Assembly (NCBI GenBank): GCA_000004985.1
Contig: GG738903.1
Strand: one strand, 5' to 3'
Length of the DNA: 64,000 nucleotides
From: Naegleria gruberi
Lineage: Eukaryota
Part shown: positions 9,901-19,989 of the stretch, piece after piece
Numbering within the stretch: position 1 is the first letter of the stretch
Layout of the letters: each line of letters opens with the position of its first letter
The notes under the pieces: model-generated
Seen by the model: only the letters and a program-made list of their open reading frames with translations
What the model was told of the DNA's origin: nothing
Databases searched by the model: none
Translations under genes and position numbers: made by a program

Positions 9901-12387
9901 AATTTCATAGTCAGTGTAAAGCTTGACGTTCAATTCATTGTTAACTGGACGAACGAATAGATAAGGATAGACAACGTCCTTATCACCGAACTTTAAACCA
10001 ATCAATCGATTCAAATTATCTTGAACAACTGAAGCGTCAGAAGGAGAAAATTCGAAATAAGGATCGAATCTAATAGAATTCAACTCTAATGGAAAGTCTG
10101 GGTCATTAGGAATGAGCTGAATTACTACGTAATGATCTGCAGATTCATAATTGTTTTGCATGGTAATTGGATAAAAGTAATTTCCAAGAATAGACCAATA
10201 AGGATACGTTTCTTCATACTTTCGTCCATCAGTTTGTACGAATCTTCCGTTCTGGAGCCATGCCTCATAGACATAGGCATCAAAACAGCCATATGAATCC
10301 ATTACTACACCAAATTTTGGAATCTTTCTATTGACTTTTTGGATAAATGTTACCATTGTAGAAGTGTCTCGAATAGCTTGTCTTGGATAACTTAAGGTTT
10401 CTGAACTTTCGATTGGTTGATAAGCAAAAACCTGTTCAAACTGGATAGTGAGGGAGTTGATAGGATTGATAATAAAATCTGTGTTGTTGAGGAATGCAGA
10501 ATAAACATATTTCGAATTGGAACTGTCGTAAAATTCTGAAAAACCTGTCAATGGAGTTTGGAGTTGGGGTACAATGCTGGATTTTGTTGAAAATGAAATG
10601 AATGAGAAAGTATTGAGAATATTTCTCAAATGTTTAAAGATTGTCCTTTTTGAAATCAAAACTGAATTCTTTGGAGTGCTACTAAACTCGATAGTATTTG
10701 TTGTAGAGCCAGTAATGACAGTTTCGTTAATGTAATTAACTGGAATAGGATTGTTGGCCGAAACTGTGGAATTACTAGCAGTTGCTGAGAAGAATGTTGT
10801 TTGGAGAGAGTAGGTACCACTAATACTTGGAATATGAGTGTAAGTAATTACTTCAAAAGACTTGGAAAAAGTGTCCTTAACGTCAATTGAAAGTCCAAGT
10901 TTGTAAAAAGCATCAAACTTTACAAAAAGAGAAGCCGATGATCTGGAGACTGTGCCTTCAGTATGAATTTGACCTTTGATTGTTGGAATGATGGCAACTT
11001 CAGCAGAAGGCAACCATGAAGTTAATTCGAATTTGAATTTAGGATAAACTGCGAGCTCAGCAGTGGCATTACCTTCCATGAAAATTCCAGGAGATTTGGA
11101 GCTCCAAACAAGACCATCACCTTCATTGATATCAGAAAAACCAGTACCTGACTCATACTTGTAACCAACATATTTAGAATAAGAGACCAAAAAGTTTCGT
11201 CTATATTCAATCTTTCCAGAGGCCTCAATATTCAGCTTATACTCGAGAGAAGGTGTAATATCAAGTGAAAAGAGATAAAACAAGGAAATCTTAATAGGCG
11301 CAGGTAACTTGTACAAGGTTCCCTCTTTTGTTTTCGAATAGCTTGCTTGGTAACTGAACAATAATGTTGCATTAGCTAGAGTTTGACCGCCTACGAGAAT
11401 TTTAGCAGAGCTAACTTTCCACCAACCCAATTCAATTTCTGCCTTGATTTCTAAATTAACAGTTGCAAAGCAATCAAGACAATCAATGGTGAAGGAAGTT
11501 GTTCCATTAACATATTTGTATAATCCAATAGAAGGATTTTTGACTTTTTGCTCAGCAATGTCATAATTGAAACCAGTATTGAATAGACGATAGGTTGTAG
11601 AGTATCTCTTGTTGGTTGGTTCACTAATTTGCAAAGTATTCGAATCTACCATGTTTCTAACAAGTGGAACTGAATAATAATCAACTTTCAAGTCATAGAA
11701 CAAATCTTTTGGCATAATTTTCTTAACATGAAACTTGACTCTCACCATGTTATCCTCACCATATCTAATTTCTCTAGCCAAAACCAAAAAAGCTTGGATA
11801 TTTTCATTACCATATTTGGTGTCTGTGTCTTGACCATAGCATTGCCATTGTTTACCAATAACAAGTCTAGAACCAGGAATTAATCTCTTTGAAGTGGAAT
11901 GACCATTAGCAAAATCAATGTCTAGTTGATTGTCAGAACATTTGACATCCCAGACGTTTACGTCATGGTCAAGCATGGACACACCAGAAATTACTTTTCC
12001 ATACAATGAGTAGATGTGATGAGAGCCATGGATGATAGCTTGTCCGCTTTGTGACACTGTCATGTAGTCTTCTTCCTTTAGAATTTCATGTGGGTTTCTT
12101 CTTCTTTTTAAAGATTCTTCTGAATGTTTATATTCGAAAAGTGAAAATCCATACGAATCTGTTTGTGAAGCATGTACGAATTCGTTGTTGTTCTTGAAAG
12201 GATGAATAGTTGGTGAAGTAAATCCAATATCCAATGCCTTTCCAATGAAAATACTTTCGTCTAGCAAATTTCTGGACCGAATCTTCTTGCCAAACATTCT
12301 TTGGGTGGGAAATGAAGGTTGTTGAGCACTAAATACCACGCAACCACTCAACAACAATAAAACTAATAACCATGTGCTAACTTTCAT
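6934..12387 (-). CDS. Giant (1817 aa) secreted cell-surface glycoprotein with an EGF/laminin-EGF-like Cys-rich module and a C-terminal hydrophobic anchor (GPI-signal-like, no cytoplasmic tail)
   Basis: Uninterrupted 5.45-kb ORF starting at a true ATG. N-terminal signal peptide (MKVSTWLLVLLLLSGCVVFSA). Dozens of NxS/T sequons. Cys-rich block CPERCISCDISNSTCLVCQFGYFGRNCTETCLITCNTCTNATSCETCPLGSFGIRCD. Ends …SRQYLSHLLVVFVAAMFIFL followed by the stop. Confidence 0.65.
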   Translation of the reverse strand: MKVSTWLLVLLLLSGCVVFSAQQPSFPTQRMFGKKIRSRNLLDESIFIGKALDIGFTSPTIHPFKNNNEFVHASQTDSYGFSLFEYKHSEESLKRRRNPHEILKEEDYMTVSQSGQAIIHGSHHIYSLYGKVISGVSMLDHDVNVWDVKCSDNQLDIDFANGHSTSKRLIPGSRLVIGKQWQCYGQDTDTKYGNENIQAFLVLAREIRYGEDNMVRVKFHVKKIMPKDLFYDLKVDYYSVPLVRNMVDSNTLQISEPTNKRYSTTYRLFNTGFNYDIAEQKVKNPSIGLYKYVNGTTSFTIDCLDCFATVNLEIKAEIELGWWKVSSAKILVGGQTLANATLLFSYQASYSKTKEGTLYKLPAPIKISLFYLFSLDITPSLEYKLNIEASGKIEYRRNFLVSYSKYVGYKYESGTGFSDINEGDGLVWSSKSPGIFMEGNATAELAVYPKFKFELTSWLPSAEVAIIPTIKGQIHTEGTVSRSSASLFVKFDAFYKLGLSIDVKDTFSKSFEVITYTHIPSISGTYSLQTTFFSATASNSTVSANNPIPVNYINETVITGSTTNTIEFSSTPKNSVLISKRTIFKHLRNILNTFSFISFSTKSSIVPQLQTPLTGFSEFYDSSNSKYVYSAFLNNTDFIINPINSLTIQFEQVFAYQPIESSETLSYPRQAIRDTSTMVTFIQKVNRKIPKFGVVMDSYGCFDAYVYEAWLQNGRFVQTDGRKYEETYPYWSILGNYFYPITMQNNYESADHYVVIQLIPNDPDFPLELNSIRFDPYFEFSPSDASVVQDNLNRLIGLKFGDKDVVYPYLFVRPVNNELNVKLYTDYEIYRAFYAKPKPGVGLTYTLTQTGSYIPMLKDNQYGTEVGIATTKPVTISVFPNYKLVNGIPSSAKNLASQEQTYFAFDCRTFYDSVALNTNSKVYLRVIDSTTGNLIVNNFELDIRIVTSDGYVYNTLTKTVDNNMFVLDTDSISNIKGNCVVFDRFVQIRLKNLATTTKTFQLELSLVHVPKYNEPISISMNPSTFGYGYKDLSEILTREKNSGKSGIVLKQQFASYPIGKVYLSSSTKNIPPSFSDPSSIMTASSRVPDYIGSSNVIERLPISFKTNYGNFLFGYTHLITSQSISFSVENLPNTDISLSFDKGLTNLERLSNINTTIINVKINGMDHYWRESLQKSLQQSDQEAFLYLKAFDQNNNVIVLRNYFSGINTLCTDSQLTFELVPIQGAILPSKFKLTFESASSLFTTAYDIPVLNSLQVDSGDDNNGIPSVECPERCISCDISNSTCLVCQFGYFGRNCTETCLITCNTCTNATSCETCPLGSFGIRCDIQDTQENPCSQLSETPIVSVSSSGGGYQLTYSIKIPKSLLSTTNQTVISHSSIDSCSKNQPSFQPEQLFECQAQYSLTTSISTLMNDSRIVKQLDSSGTVLTLNVPINIGLITNKFDSQNGDYCEIVNYGVNHQVKLVLSSHQMIGMDVNGNMTFGDNVNVNYRKEIITIQDGLFSLSGKLFTNNVTVVSVSYLGSQPYQNIDFDIILSEYQPNSYNLIISSKQKVSYISGIFTFSIQVRTGEKIVQVLLSISLSYTMPINPPPTELKYSTQVNLYSNNFGQPKNLFTISDSPHVLVNIVDSNGKSSSLPSSISLSIKNAYLCCTKSGVSMPTYDPSQNSYGCQRYNSTTMSNWLHLIDNQVVSSQYGTELIKFPLINFQLGFKFTIQSNMFPIGSSESVQVNTCFIHTESIMKSTSSNRELNLDESGTSIHNAFDIIQVFSAAQQKPPIQPSKTSPIISQSLRLNHSNPSRQYLSHLLVVFVAAMFIFL

Positions 12388-12585
12388 TTTTTTGTCTCGA
12401 TAATTGCGTTTGAAAGCTAGACGAATTGTTCGAAACTGGTCGTTGAGAATACGAAACTTCTATATAAGGAAGAACCGAAAAAAATAATGGAATCTGCGTG
12501 CCAAAGCAAGGATGGGAATTCATTCTACAAACTACAACATGACACCTTTTTCATCTTAATATTTTACAATATTTCTTCAAGGATG

Positions 12586-14319
12586 TTATTGATTAAAAAA
12601 CTGTTTCGAAAGAATTTTGACATCTTTTTCTGCAAAATCCAAGTCTGTGAATATTTCCAATCTTTCCTGAGGAGTGAATTTGACTAAATGGTTGCATAAT
12701 TGTTTCACAAAAGCCAATTTGGAAGATTTTTTGAAAATTGGAAAGCAAGCTTTACAAAAAGCAACAATTTCTTCATCTGAAACAGTTAGAGAAATAATTC
12801 GTTCCTCAAGCATATTGATGGTATTTTCAGGAAATCCCAAACGATGTCCGTATGAGAACAATTCCAGTAAATTATTTTCATCCAGTTTTTCAAACTTTCC
12901 AGTGTAAATAAAATTGCACAACTCTTGAATAACTGAAAAGTTGCATCCTTGAATTTCAAGTGTTGGAATTTCATCATGGAGAGCGGATTCTTTCATTCTT
13001 TCTGTTTCATCGAAATTAGAGTTGAGTAAAATATTGAAAAACATGGATCGTTCCGATAAGAAGTCTTTGTGACATAGTATTGATTCTGTAGATTCAACAA
13101 AGAAAACCTCTTCTAGATAATTCTCAATTTTGATTTGGACATTACACAAACTTCGTTGCAATTTCTCAAACTTGGACCTACTTTCAAAGGAGCTGTGGAA
13201 AATACAACCTTTCAAGTCCTTCTTGAATAGTTCATCTGATTCCTTCATTGCAATGTTAATATCCTTTCTATGATCCCTGAATATATCTACAAAATTATAC
13301 ATTCCCAAGCTTTCCATCCAATCACAATAGTCTTGCTTTTGAGTGAATCTTTCCAAACTTTCTAATTTTGTGCATTTCTTTGGATTTTCCGTTCTCACGA
13401 TACAACCCGTGTAAATCCATACCAGTAGATTATCGAATTGAATTTTGGTCAATGGAACTGGTCCCAAATCAATATGTCGCAACTCTTCTCTTTTAAAAAA
13501 ATCTCTAATTTCAGAATCATCATCTGGTATTAAATTCTTCATTGCATCAAATTCGTCTGTTGGTCTTTTAAAATTTTTCTTTTGATTTACAACCAAGATT
13601 TGTTCCTTAATTTGCTCAATTTTTCTATCATAATCCTTTATCTTCAATGCTTTCTTGTTAATAGAATTGAAATATTTCTCAATCTCCAGTTTTGTTTTCA
13701 AATTAACTATGGCCAATTCATCACTTGTTAAGGTGTAGCTTGTTTTTTGTGGAATAGGTCTCTCCTTATTTACCAGAGCAAAATAGAGTAGCATTGGCCA
13801 TCTCTTCAAAATAATCCACCAATGACAGTAGTAAATTGTATCCTCCTCATTCTTTCCGAATCTAATTCTAATAGTCAAATCACTCTCTTCTGGTTTAGTT
13901 CCATAAATAACCCTCCTTGCCATTTTCATCATGAATAGATCGAGTGGCTTGAACTGATCTTGTTCATACGTTTGTTCACCAATATCTTCACAATCCCCAT
14001 TTTTCATTTTGAACATCTTTAGTCCTTCATATGAATTATAAACTCTCAACAATTCTCTAACTCGTAATGACAAGGCATTCATATAACACCTTGCATTTTT
14101 ATCATCACGAGCTCCCAATTCCGATAAATATTTGACCAAATTCAAATGTCCACATAAACAAGCATAATAAAGTGGTGTATTTCCATACCGATCGGGTTTA
14201 TGCAAGTCTGATATTTTAATTGTGGCTCGGACCCTATTCAAATCTCCAACTTTGCAAAATGAATAAATATCGCTCTTTGGAGAGAGTGGAGAGGTTAGCC
14301 CTACTCGTTGTTGATACAT
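12586..14319 (-). CDS. Ankyrin-repeat plus tandem BTB/POZ domain protein (ABTB1/BPOZ-like)
   Basis: Ankyrin motif GNTPLYYACLCGHLNLVKYLSELGA. Two BTB-like blocks (DLTIRIRFGKNEEDTIYYCHWWIILKRWPMLLYFA… and ESILCHKDFLSERSMFFNILLN…IPTLEIQGCNFSVIQELCNFIYTG). The track start at 14343 is a GTG codon; the first ATG (MYQQRVGL) is at 14319. Confidence 0.6.
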   Translation of the reverse strand: MYQQRVGLTSPLSPKSDIYSFCKVGDLNRVRATIKISDLHKPDRYGNTPLYYACLCGHLNLVKYLSELGARDDKNARCYMNALSLRVRELLRVYNSYEGLKMFKMKNGDCEDIGEQTYEQDQFKPLDLFMMKMARRVIYGTKPEESDLTIRIRFGKNEEDTIYYCHWWIILKRWPMLLYFALVNKERPIPQKTSYTLTSDELAIVNLKTKLEIEKYFNSINKKALKIKDYDRKIEQIKEQILVVNQKKNFKRPTDEFDAMKNLIPDDDSEIRDFFKREELRHIDLGPVPLTKIQFDNLLVWIYTGCIVRTENPKKCTKLESLERFTQKQDYCDWMESLGMYNFVDIFRDHRKDINIAMKESDELFKKDLKGCIFHSSFESRSKFEKLQRSLCNVQIKIENYLEEVFFVESTESILCHKDFLSERSMFFNILLNSNFDETERMKESALHDEIPTLEIQGCNFSVIQELCNFIYTGKFEKLDENNLLELFSYGHRLGFPENTINMLEERIISLTVSDEEIVAFCKACFPIFKKSSKLAFVKQLCNHLVKFTPQERLEIFTDLDFAEKDVKILSKQFFNQ

Positions 14320-14364
14320 TTTTTTCTGATGAACTTGTTGCACACGAGGTTCTGATTTGTAAAG

Positions 14365-15048
14365 TTACACTCTCCTGACCAAACATACAATTTCTGAATT
14401 GTTTGCAATCTGTAAATCCTCTAAAGTTGACTTGCTTTCAAGTACCTTTCTATTTTCAAATATTTGATTATTAATTCTCAATCCAATCATTTCTTTAATT
14501 ACTCCACTCTTCAATGCAAGCCATTCCACTACTTCACCCAGTAAAACACAACTTTTAAAACCTCCTTCAAAGCTCATTCCATTCATAAACTTGAATTTCA
14601 ATATTACATCACCCTGATTAGTTTTGCTAGTCAATTCCTCAACCCTTTTACTGTCCTCCTCCAAGTCTTTAATTTCATCTTCCAAATCTTCCATTTCCGA
14701 ATCTTCGTCCATTTCAAATTTTCCCTCTTCATACAAATTTGTTGGATTATGATCATCTTCCTTCTCAACCCGATGAATAATTTGTCCCTTTGACAAAATA
14801 TCATCAATATCAATATTCAACTTCTCGGCAATCTTCATAGTACATTGCAATATGTGTAATGATAGTTCCTTCTCTTGTTCTGTCGTCAATACCATCTGAA
14901 CACCTAAAGGAAAAGCAAAATTAGGAGTGTTAGAACCAGCACTATGACCACACCAAGGGCATTTGCCAGTACTAATATTAATACCAGTATATGTGGATGA
15001 ACAATTTTGCAATGCTCCGATCAAGTAATTAAACTCAGTTCTGTCCAT
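14365..15048 (-). CDS. UBX-domain-containing protein with an acidic central region
   Basis: C-terminal ~80 aa (VILKFKFMNGMSFEGGFKSCVLLGEVVEWL…LRINNQIFENRKVLESKSTLEDLQIANNSEIVCLVRRV) has a ubiquitin-like/UBX fold pattern. Acidic Glu/Asp tract upstream. First ATG (MDRTEFNYLIG) at 15048; track start 15189 is not ATG. Confidence 0.4.
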   Translation of the reverse strand: MDRTEFNYLIGALQNCSSTYTGINISTGKCPWCGHSAGSNTPNFAFPLGVQMVLTTEQEKELSLHILQCTMKIAEKLNIDIDDILSKGQIIHRVEKEDDHNPTNLYEEGKFEMDEDSEMEDLEDEIKDLEEDSKRVEELTSKTNQGDVILKFKFMNGMSFEGGFKSCVLLGEVVEWLALKSGVIKEMIGLRINNQIFENRKVLESKSTLEDLQIANNSEIVCLVRRV

Positions 15049-15386
15049 GTTATTGTGTGCGAATTTTTTTTTATATGAAAAATTTCCAGTTATTAGAGGT
15101 GGGAAAAAGTTGTTTACAAAACTGTAAATATTGAAGTAAATTCTTTGAAAACATTTGGACCAAGTCACAACAGCATATCGGCCAATCAATATTGCTAATT
15201 GCCCAAGTTTTTCTTCCTTGACCTATCCAAGCAAATATTCCAATTGCATGATATAGATTGGTCAATTTGAATTATTACAGATCTCTGAAAACCTTTTCAT
15301 TGAAAAATAAGTTCCAAAAAGGAATCAATAATTGTAAGTTTATAGTTTTTTCGAAATTAAATAAAATTCTGTGAAAATTAGTGAAA

Positions 15387-16028
15387 TTACTCCTCATCAA
15401 TTAATTGTTCTCTTCCATCTTGATCCATTCCAGATTCATTGAGATGATCAATATCATCTGCACCCATATTTTCCTCAGTTAACATATCCAACCAACGAAT
15501 ATTTGCCAAGCAACCAATCACTGCAATCACCCAATAAACTTCACACAAACAAACAACCAGAAATGAAATTATAACCAGTGCACTTTCTCCAGTCATGTAC
15601 CATAAGAATATGCACACAAAGATGGCACCCAAACCAAGAACTGCTTGGAAAACAGCTCCGAAAAGGGAACACATGGCCATCCATCTTGGTGGTTGCTGTT
15701 TAAAGTTTAGAACAATCCAGATAATGGAGGTGATTACACAGCCAAAGACAATGATGGGTGAAGCAATTAGAACGTATCGAAAGACGACAAATTTATCACT
15801 GGTCGGGTTGGACGAAACTTGTGTAAAATAATAAATGTCAATGATTACTGAAAAGATAAAGACGAAGAGAGTTGTTAATAACTGTAGGATTGCCATGCCT
15901 TTGTAGGCGAACTTTTTCTCACCCAGACTTCTGGCAAGGTTGGAGAAGTATGACATTTTTTTTGTTAGAAGTTGGACGAATTTCCCAAATTGGACTTCAA
16001 CTTGTATCAATGCAGTGTCGGAACTCAT
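15387..16028 (-). CDS. Small four-TM (tetraspan) membrane protein with an acidic C-terminal tail
   Basis: Four hydrophobic helices (LLTTLFVFIFSVIIDIYYF, LIASPIIVFGCVITSIIWIVL, MCSLFGAVFQAVLGLGAIFVCIFLWY, LVIISFLVVCLCEVYWVIAVIGCL). First ATG at 16028. No family recognised. Confidence 0.4.
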   Translation of the reverse strand: MSSDTALIQVEVQFGKFVQLLTKKMSYFSNLARSLGEKKFAYKGMAILQLLTTLFVFIFSVIIDIYYFTQVSSNPTSDKFVVFRYVLIASPIIVFGCVITSIIWIVLNFKQQPPRWMAMCSLFGAVFQAVLGLGAIFVCIFLWYMTGESALVIISFLVVCLCEVYWVIAVIGCLANIRWLDMLTEENMGADDIDHLNESGMDQDGREQLIDEE

Positions 16029-16548
16029 TTTTTGATGCAATTTGGTTTGCCAAAGTGGCGGCTGCTAACGGCCGAAGTAAAAATGTCACATTGGGTGACC
16101 TAATAAAAAAATTATTTATTCAAAAACTATAAGTATTCACATTGCGATATTTTGAAATTAGGTAGTAAAACACCCATTGATGGATTTTATGAAAAATCAT
16201 TTGTTGAAAGATTTATTTCGGGATTTTATAAAATAAATATTTAATATTAAAAATAAATCAAAATAGGACGTGATGATTTACTCACTTATTTCAGTGTTTG
16301 GTTCAGCACGGTTTCAATTTTATAAAAATTCACATGTTTTTAATTATTAATATAATTGATTTCCCGAGCCAAACGCCGAAATAAATGACTTGTAATTGTT
16401 GCAAAGTGGTATGTCAGAAAGTAGGTCGATAATTTTTTTCATTTTTTCAAGTGTTTTTTTTTTAGATCAGTGACAGTTCAATAATTCCACTAGTTAAGAG
16501 AAAACAAATGCCAATAAAACAAAGGAAGCATTCAAAGCAATGTTCTGT

Positions 16549-16598
16549 NNNNNNNNNNNNNNNNNNNNNNNNNNNNNNNNNNNNNNNNNNNNNNNNNN
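16549..16598. other. Assembly gap (run of 50 N)
   Basis: Fifty consecutive n characters in the sequence. Confidence 0.99.
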
Positions 16599-16691
16599 CA
16601 TTACAAAGACTACAAAATTGCAGGCCCGCCTCTGTATTGCAAAGTAGAGATAGTATTACAATCATTGTTACAAAGATTTGTTTAATAGTAT

Positions 16692-17687
16692 TTACAAATC
16701 TGTTGATCCATTATTTACAAGTGTTTGAGTTTCTGGAAGTTTGATATTTTCACTCACAAACTCTCCGAAATATTTCAAAAAGTCATTCTTACAAGAAATT
16801 TCCTCAGGTGTCACTTGTTGAGAAGAACAATCCATAGATTGAAGCATTGAAACTGACTGCACAGTATCTCCATTTCTTTCCATACATCCTTTGAATTGAG
16901 TTGAGCATGATTGTGTCAGTGCTTTAAAGTAAAATTGATTGACTTGAATTTTACACAATTCTAAAAAGTTTGGATAATTGAAAGATTGATGACTGGAAAT
17001 ATTATTCTGAATGCATTCAATTAATTCCTTCTTTTCCTTAGGATAATGTTCATCTACTATCGAATCAATTCTATTCTTATTATAGTTGGACATTAGCTTT
17101 TTCTTCAAATTGGAGAGAATTGAAATTGAATCATTTGATGAAGAGAGATTTTTCACAACATCTGGGAATACTCTAGAGAAGCTTCCCTTTTCCATCCAAT
17201 CATTACTAATCAGCTTATCATACTCGTTATATTTTTGCTTATATTCGGCACTATTATTGTGACACTCATTAATTTCATTGAAGATTTTCGACCTAGTATT
17301 TTCATTTCTAATAAATTCATCGTTCAATTGCCAATTAGATTTGTTCATACTAGTACGTTGTTGGAATGAATATTCATCATCATTTACATATTTCTTACGA
17401 TGATATAAATCTTGATTTGTTGCTTTTTCTGTAAAATGTTTCCTACTATTTTCATTAACACATGGCAAACCCTCTTGTCCATATAACATTCTCATTGCAC
17501 AAGTTTCCACTAATAGGGATTGTTGTGATGCAGTTAGAGGACGTTGACGATAATTTCTAACCATGAGTCTTTCAGCATCTGTGATAACATTCTTACAAAT
17601 GGTGGCAACATGGAAAAGTTCAAAAACTTGATTCTGTTGTTCTTCAATAGAAAGTGGACTATCGGATGATGAGGTGTTTGAAGACAT
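16692..17687 (-). CDS. Hypothetical protein, 331 aa, Ser/Asn-rich
   Basis: Intact ORF starting at a true ATG (MSSNTSSSDSPL). No domain recognised. Its 3' end is 94 bp from the N gap. Confidence 0.45.
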   Translation of the reverse strand: MSSNTSSSDSPLSIEEQQNQVFELFHVATICKNVITDAERLMVRNYRQRPLTASQQSLLVETCAMRMLYGQEGLPCVNENSRKHFTEKATNQDLYHRKKYVNDDEYSFQQRTSMNKSNWQLNDEFIRNENTRSKIFNEINECHNNSAEYKQKYNEYDKLISNDWMEKGSFSRVFPDVVKNLSSSNDSISILSNLKKKLMSNYNKNRIDSIVDEHYPKEKKELIECIQNNISSHQSFNYPNFLELCKIQVNQFYFKALTQSCSTQFKGCMERNGDTVQSVSMLQSMDCSSQQVTPEEISCKNDFLKYFGEFVSENIKLPETQTLVNNGSTDL

Positions 17688-18275
17688 GATGTTGCTATTT
17701 GTTTTTGATTGAATTAATGTTGTGAGAATCCTCTTTGTTAAATCTTTTTAATAATATCCAATTTTGAGAATCCTTTCCTTCTTCAATATTTCAAAATAAA
17801 TTAAAACCAAGGTGTGGAATGCACTCGTTGAAAGCTTTGCTTTTTTTTGACTTTGAAAATCAACAGAGTAGTGGTGGCCAATTATTCTCCTCAACAAATA
17901 CCGACAATAATCGCAATTTAGCCAACTAATATTTTCTAATTCACCTTCATCATAAAATAAGATTTTTAAGTGGCGACTTGCGCTATTTTTTTAAAGTTCA
18001 TTTCTAGTGCAAAACCTACAGTTAGAAAAGGCGGGAAAATAGAAGGGCAGATTTGAATTAAAAAAATGGCCCAACAGTGATAAGAGTCGGCGGCTGCAGT
18101 GGCTTAAACCAACAAGAGAAGAGGACAAGAATTGAATGTCTTTTGTTATTGTTATGAGTGCAAGAATATCTTGTTAATTTTTTTAAAGTGAAATATGGAA
18201 AATTACTGGATTGAGAAGAGGAAGCTTTTGGAATTTAATTAATTTGTCATCATCACAAAGTAAATTAAAAAGAAA

Positions 18276-19333
18276 ATGAATAATAATACTAGTACTTCAA
18301 GTGTGGATGAAGGAGTTAATGGGTGTAAATTTCTATTTATTGGAAAGACTAGAATTAATTTCTTCACCCCTCCCATCATTTCTGAGAATGCTCGATTCCA
18401 GCTGAGTTATAAAGACTCACTCAAAAAGACAAGCTATGAGATTGTTGTTGACTACTTTTTGGAGTGGTTGGGAATTGTACTGATAGGCATATTGGCAGCA
18501 ATCTTGTTCAATGTTGATTTTCCTTACACTCTCTACTTTAGATTGGATGATCCTTCAATTCAATATCCCAATACTGGAACACAAACCATCAGCTTTAACC
18601 TCATTGTTACACTATTCATCTTTGTGGTGCCAGCTGTTGTTATTATTCTATTTCAGCTGATTTTTGTGAGAAATCTTCACGACTTTCATCATGTTGCTCT
18701 AGGAACCTTGCAATCCCTTGCTTTTAACATGCTGTTCATGATGTTCTTTTGGTTTTTCTATCCGGCTCACAGGCCAAACTTTCTGGAGACTTGTAATCCC
18801 ATACCAGAGAAGATTGTACAAGTGGCCCTGAAAAGAGCACAACCCTATAATAATATTATTTACTTTCTTCCCCAAGAGATTTGTTCCGATCCAAGTAGGT
18901 TCACCAAGATGCAAGTGAACAATACACCTGGATTCCCAAGTGGTCATGCATCCAACTTGTTTTCTGTTTGGATGTTTGTAATCTTGTATTTATTTGCAAA
19001 ACTCAAGGCAGTAAGTAGTTGTTTCATTTCATTCCTCTTTAATTTCTTAATCAGCTTTCGTCCTATAGTAGAATTGGAAAAACAATTAGTAGAGCAATAA
19101 GTGCTCCAAGAAGAGGATGGTTCATATTTCCATGTATAGTATTATTAATTATGGGAGCTGCGATTTGGATTGGACTATTTTCAAGAATTTTAGATAATCA
19201 ACACACATGGATACAAGTCATCACTGGATCAATATTTGGTTTTACAATTCCTATTTTCGTTTACTTATTCAAATTTGGAAGTGCCTTTGGACCAGATTCA
19301 CATATTCCTTTGTATTATTATTGGACTAGTTAA
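18276..19333 (+). CDS. Lipid phosphate phosphatase (PAP2 superfamily), two exons: 18276..19010 and 19055..19333
   Basis: Six predicted TM helices. PAP2 motifs: AHRPNFLETCNP (RP.FL..C.P), PSGHASN (PSGH) and SRILDNQHTWIQVITG (SR…H…DV..G-like). A 44-nt intron GTAAGTAG…TTAATCAG (19011..19054) joins …LFAKLKA to LSSYSR… in phase 0. Exon 2 contains the track ORF 19151..19333. Confidence 0.7.
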
Positions 19334-19386
19334 AAATACACAATTTATTATTATTAATTGTCATAATTATAATATTATATTACCTA

Positions 19387-19932
19387 CAGTCACGTCTCGA
19401 ATAATGCGGAGTCAGTCGATTTTTAAAACACTCCAAATTATTTGCATCCATTTTGTAATGAATTGATATGTTTTATGCATAAATCCTAACTTTTGATAAT
19501 CTTGACAGCCATAAAGATGCCCAAGACTTATTGAAAGTGAAAGTGAAGATGCCCTTACCAAAGAATGCATCAGAGCTAATGTAAATGTGACTTGTCATTC
19601 AACATCCAATGTAAGCTAAGAGATTTGCAAGCCGAATGGTATGATGAGCAAGCAGAAATTATCATCAACAATAAGAAGAAGGACATTAAAGTCTCAACAC
19701 AGCAACTAATTAACTGGACATCAATGGCATTAACTTCAGTAGAAGATAGAACAATTGTGAGTGGGTTCAAACAGGATTAGGCCTTGCAAAGGACGGTAGT
19801 GAAGATGATGAAGTGCTTTAGAAGAAGCATGCTGAAGAATAACACTCCGAATTATTTTTGTTGTTGTTGCAATTTTTTTTTGAAAATCGACCTCCGGAAT
19901 AATAAAAAACCGCATTATTCGAGACGTGACTG
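19387..19932. mobile_element. 546-bp non-autonomous DNA transposon (MITE), Tc1/mariner/Stowaway-like, with perfect 23-bp terminal inverted repeats and TA flanks
   Basis: Left end CAGTCACGTCTCGAATAATGCGG (19387..19409) is the exact reverse complement of the right end CCGCATTATTCGAGACGTGACTG (19910..19932). Each end is directly flanked by TA (19385-86 and 19933-34). Subterminal GTCGATTTT motifs are also shared. Only short internal ORFs. It lies between the convergent 3' ends of the PAP2 and SDR genes. Confidence 0.7.
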
Positions 19933-19989
19933 TAATATTATTTTAATATTAGGAAAATCATCAACAAATAATATTTTTCAAAACGGTAT

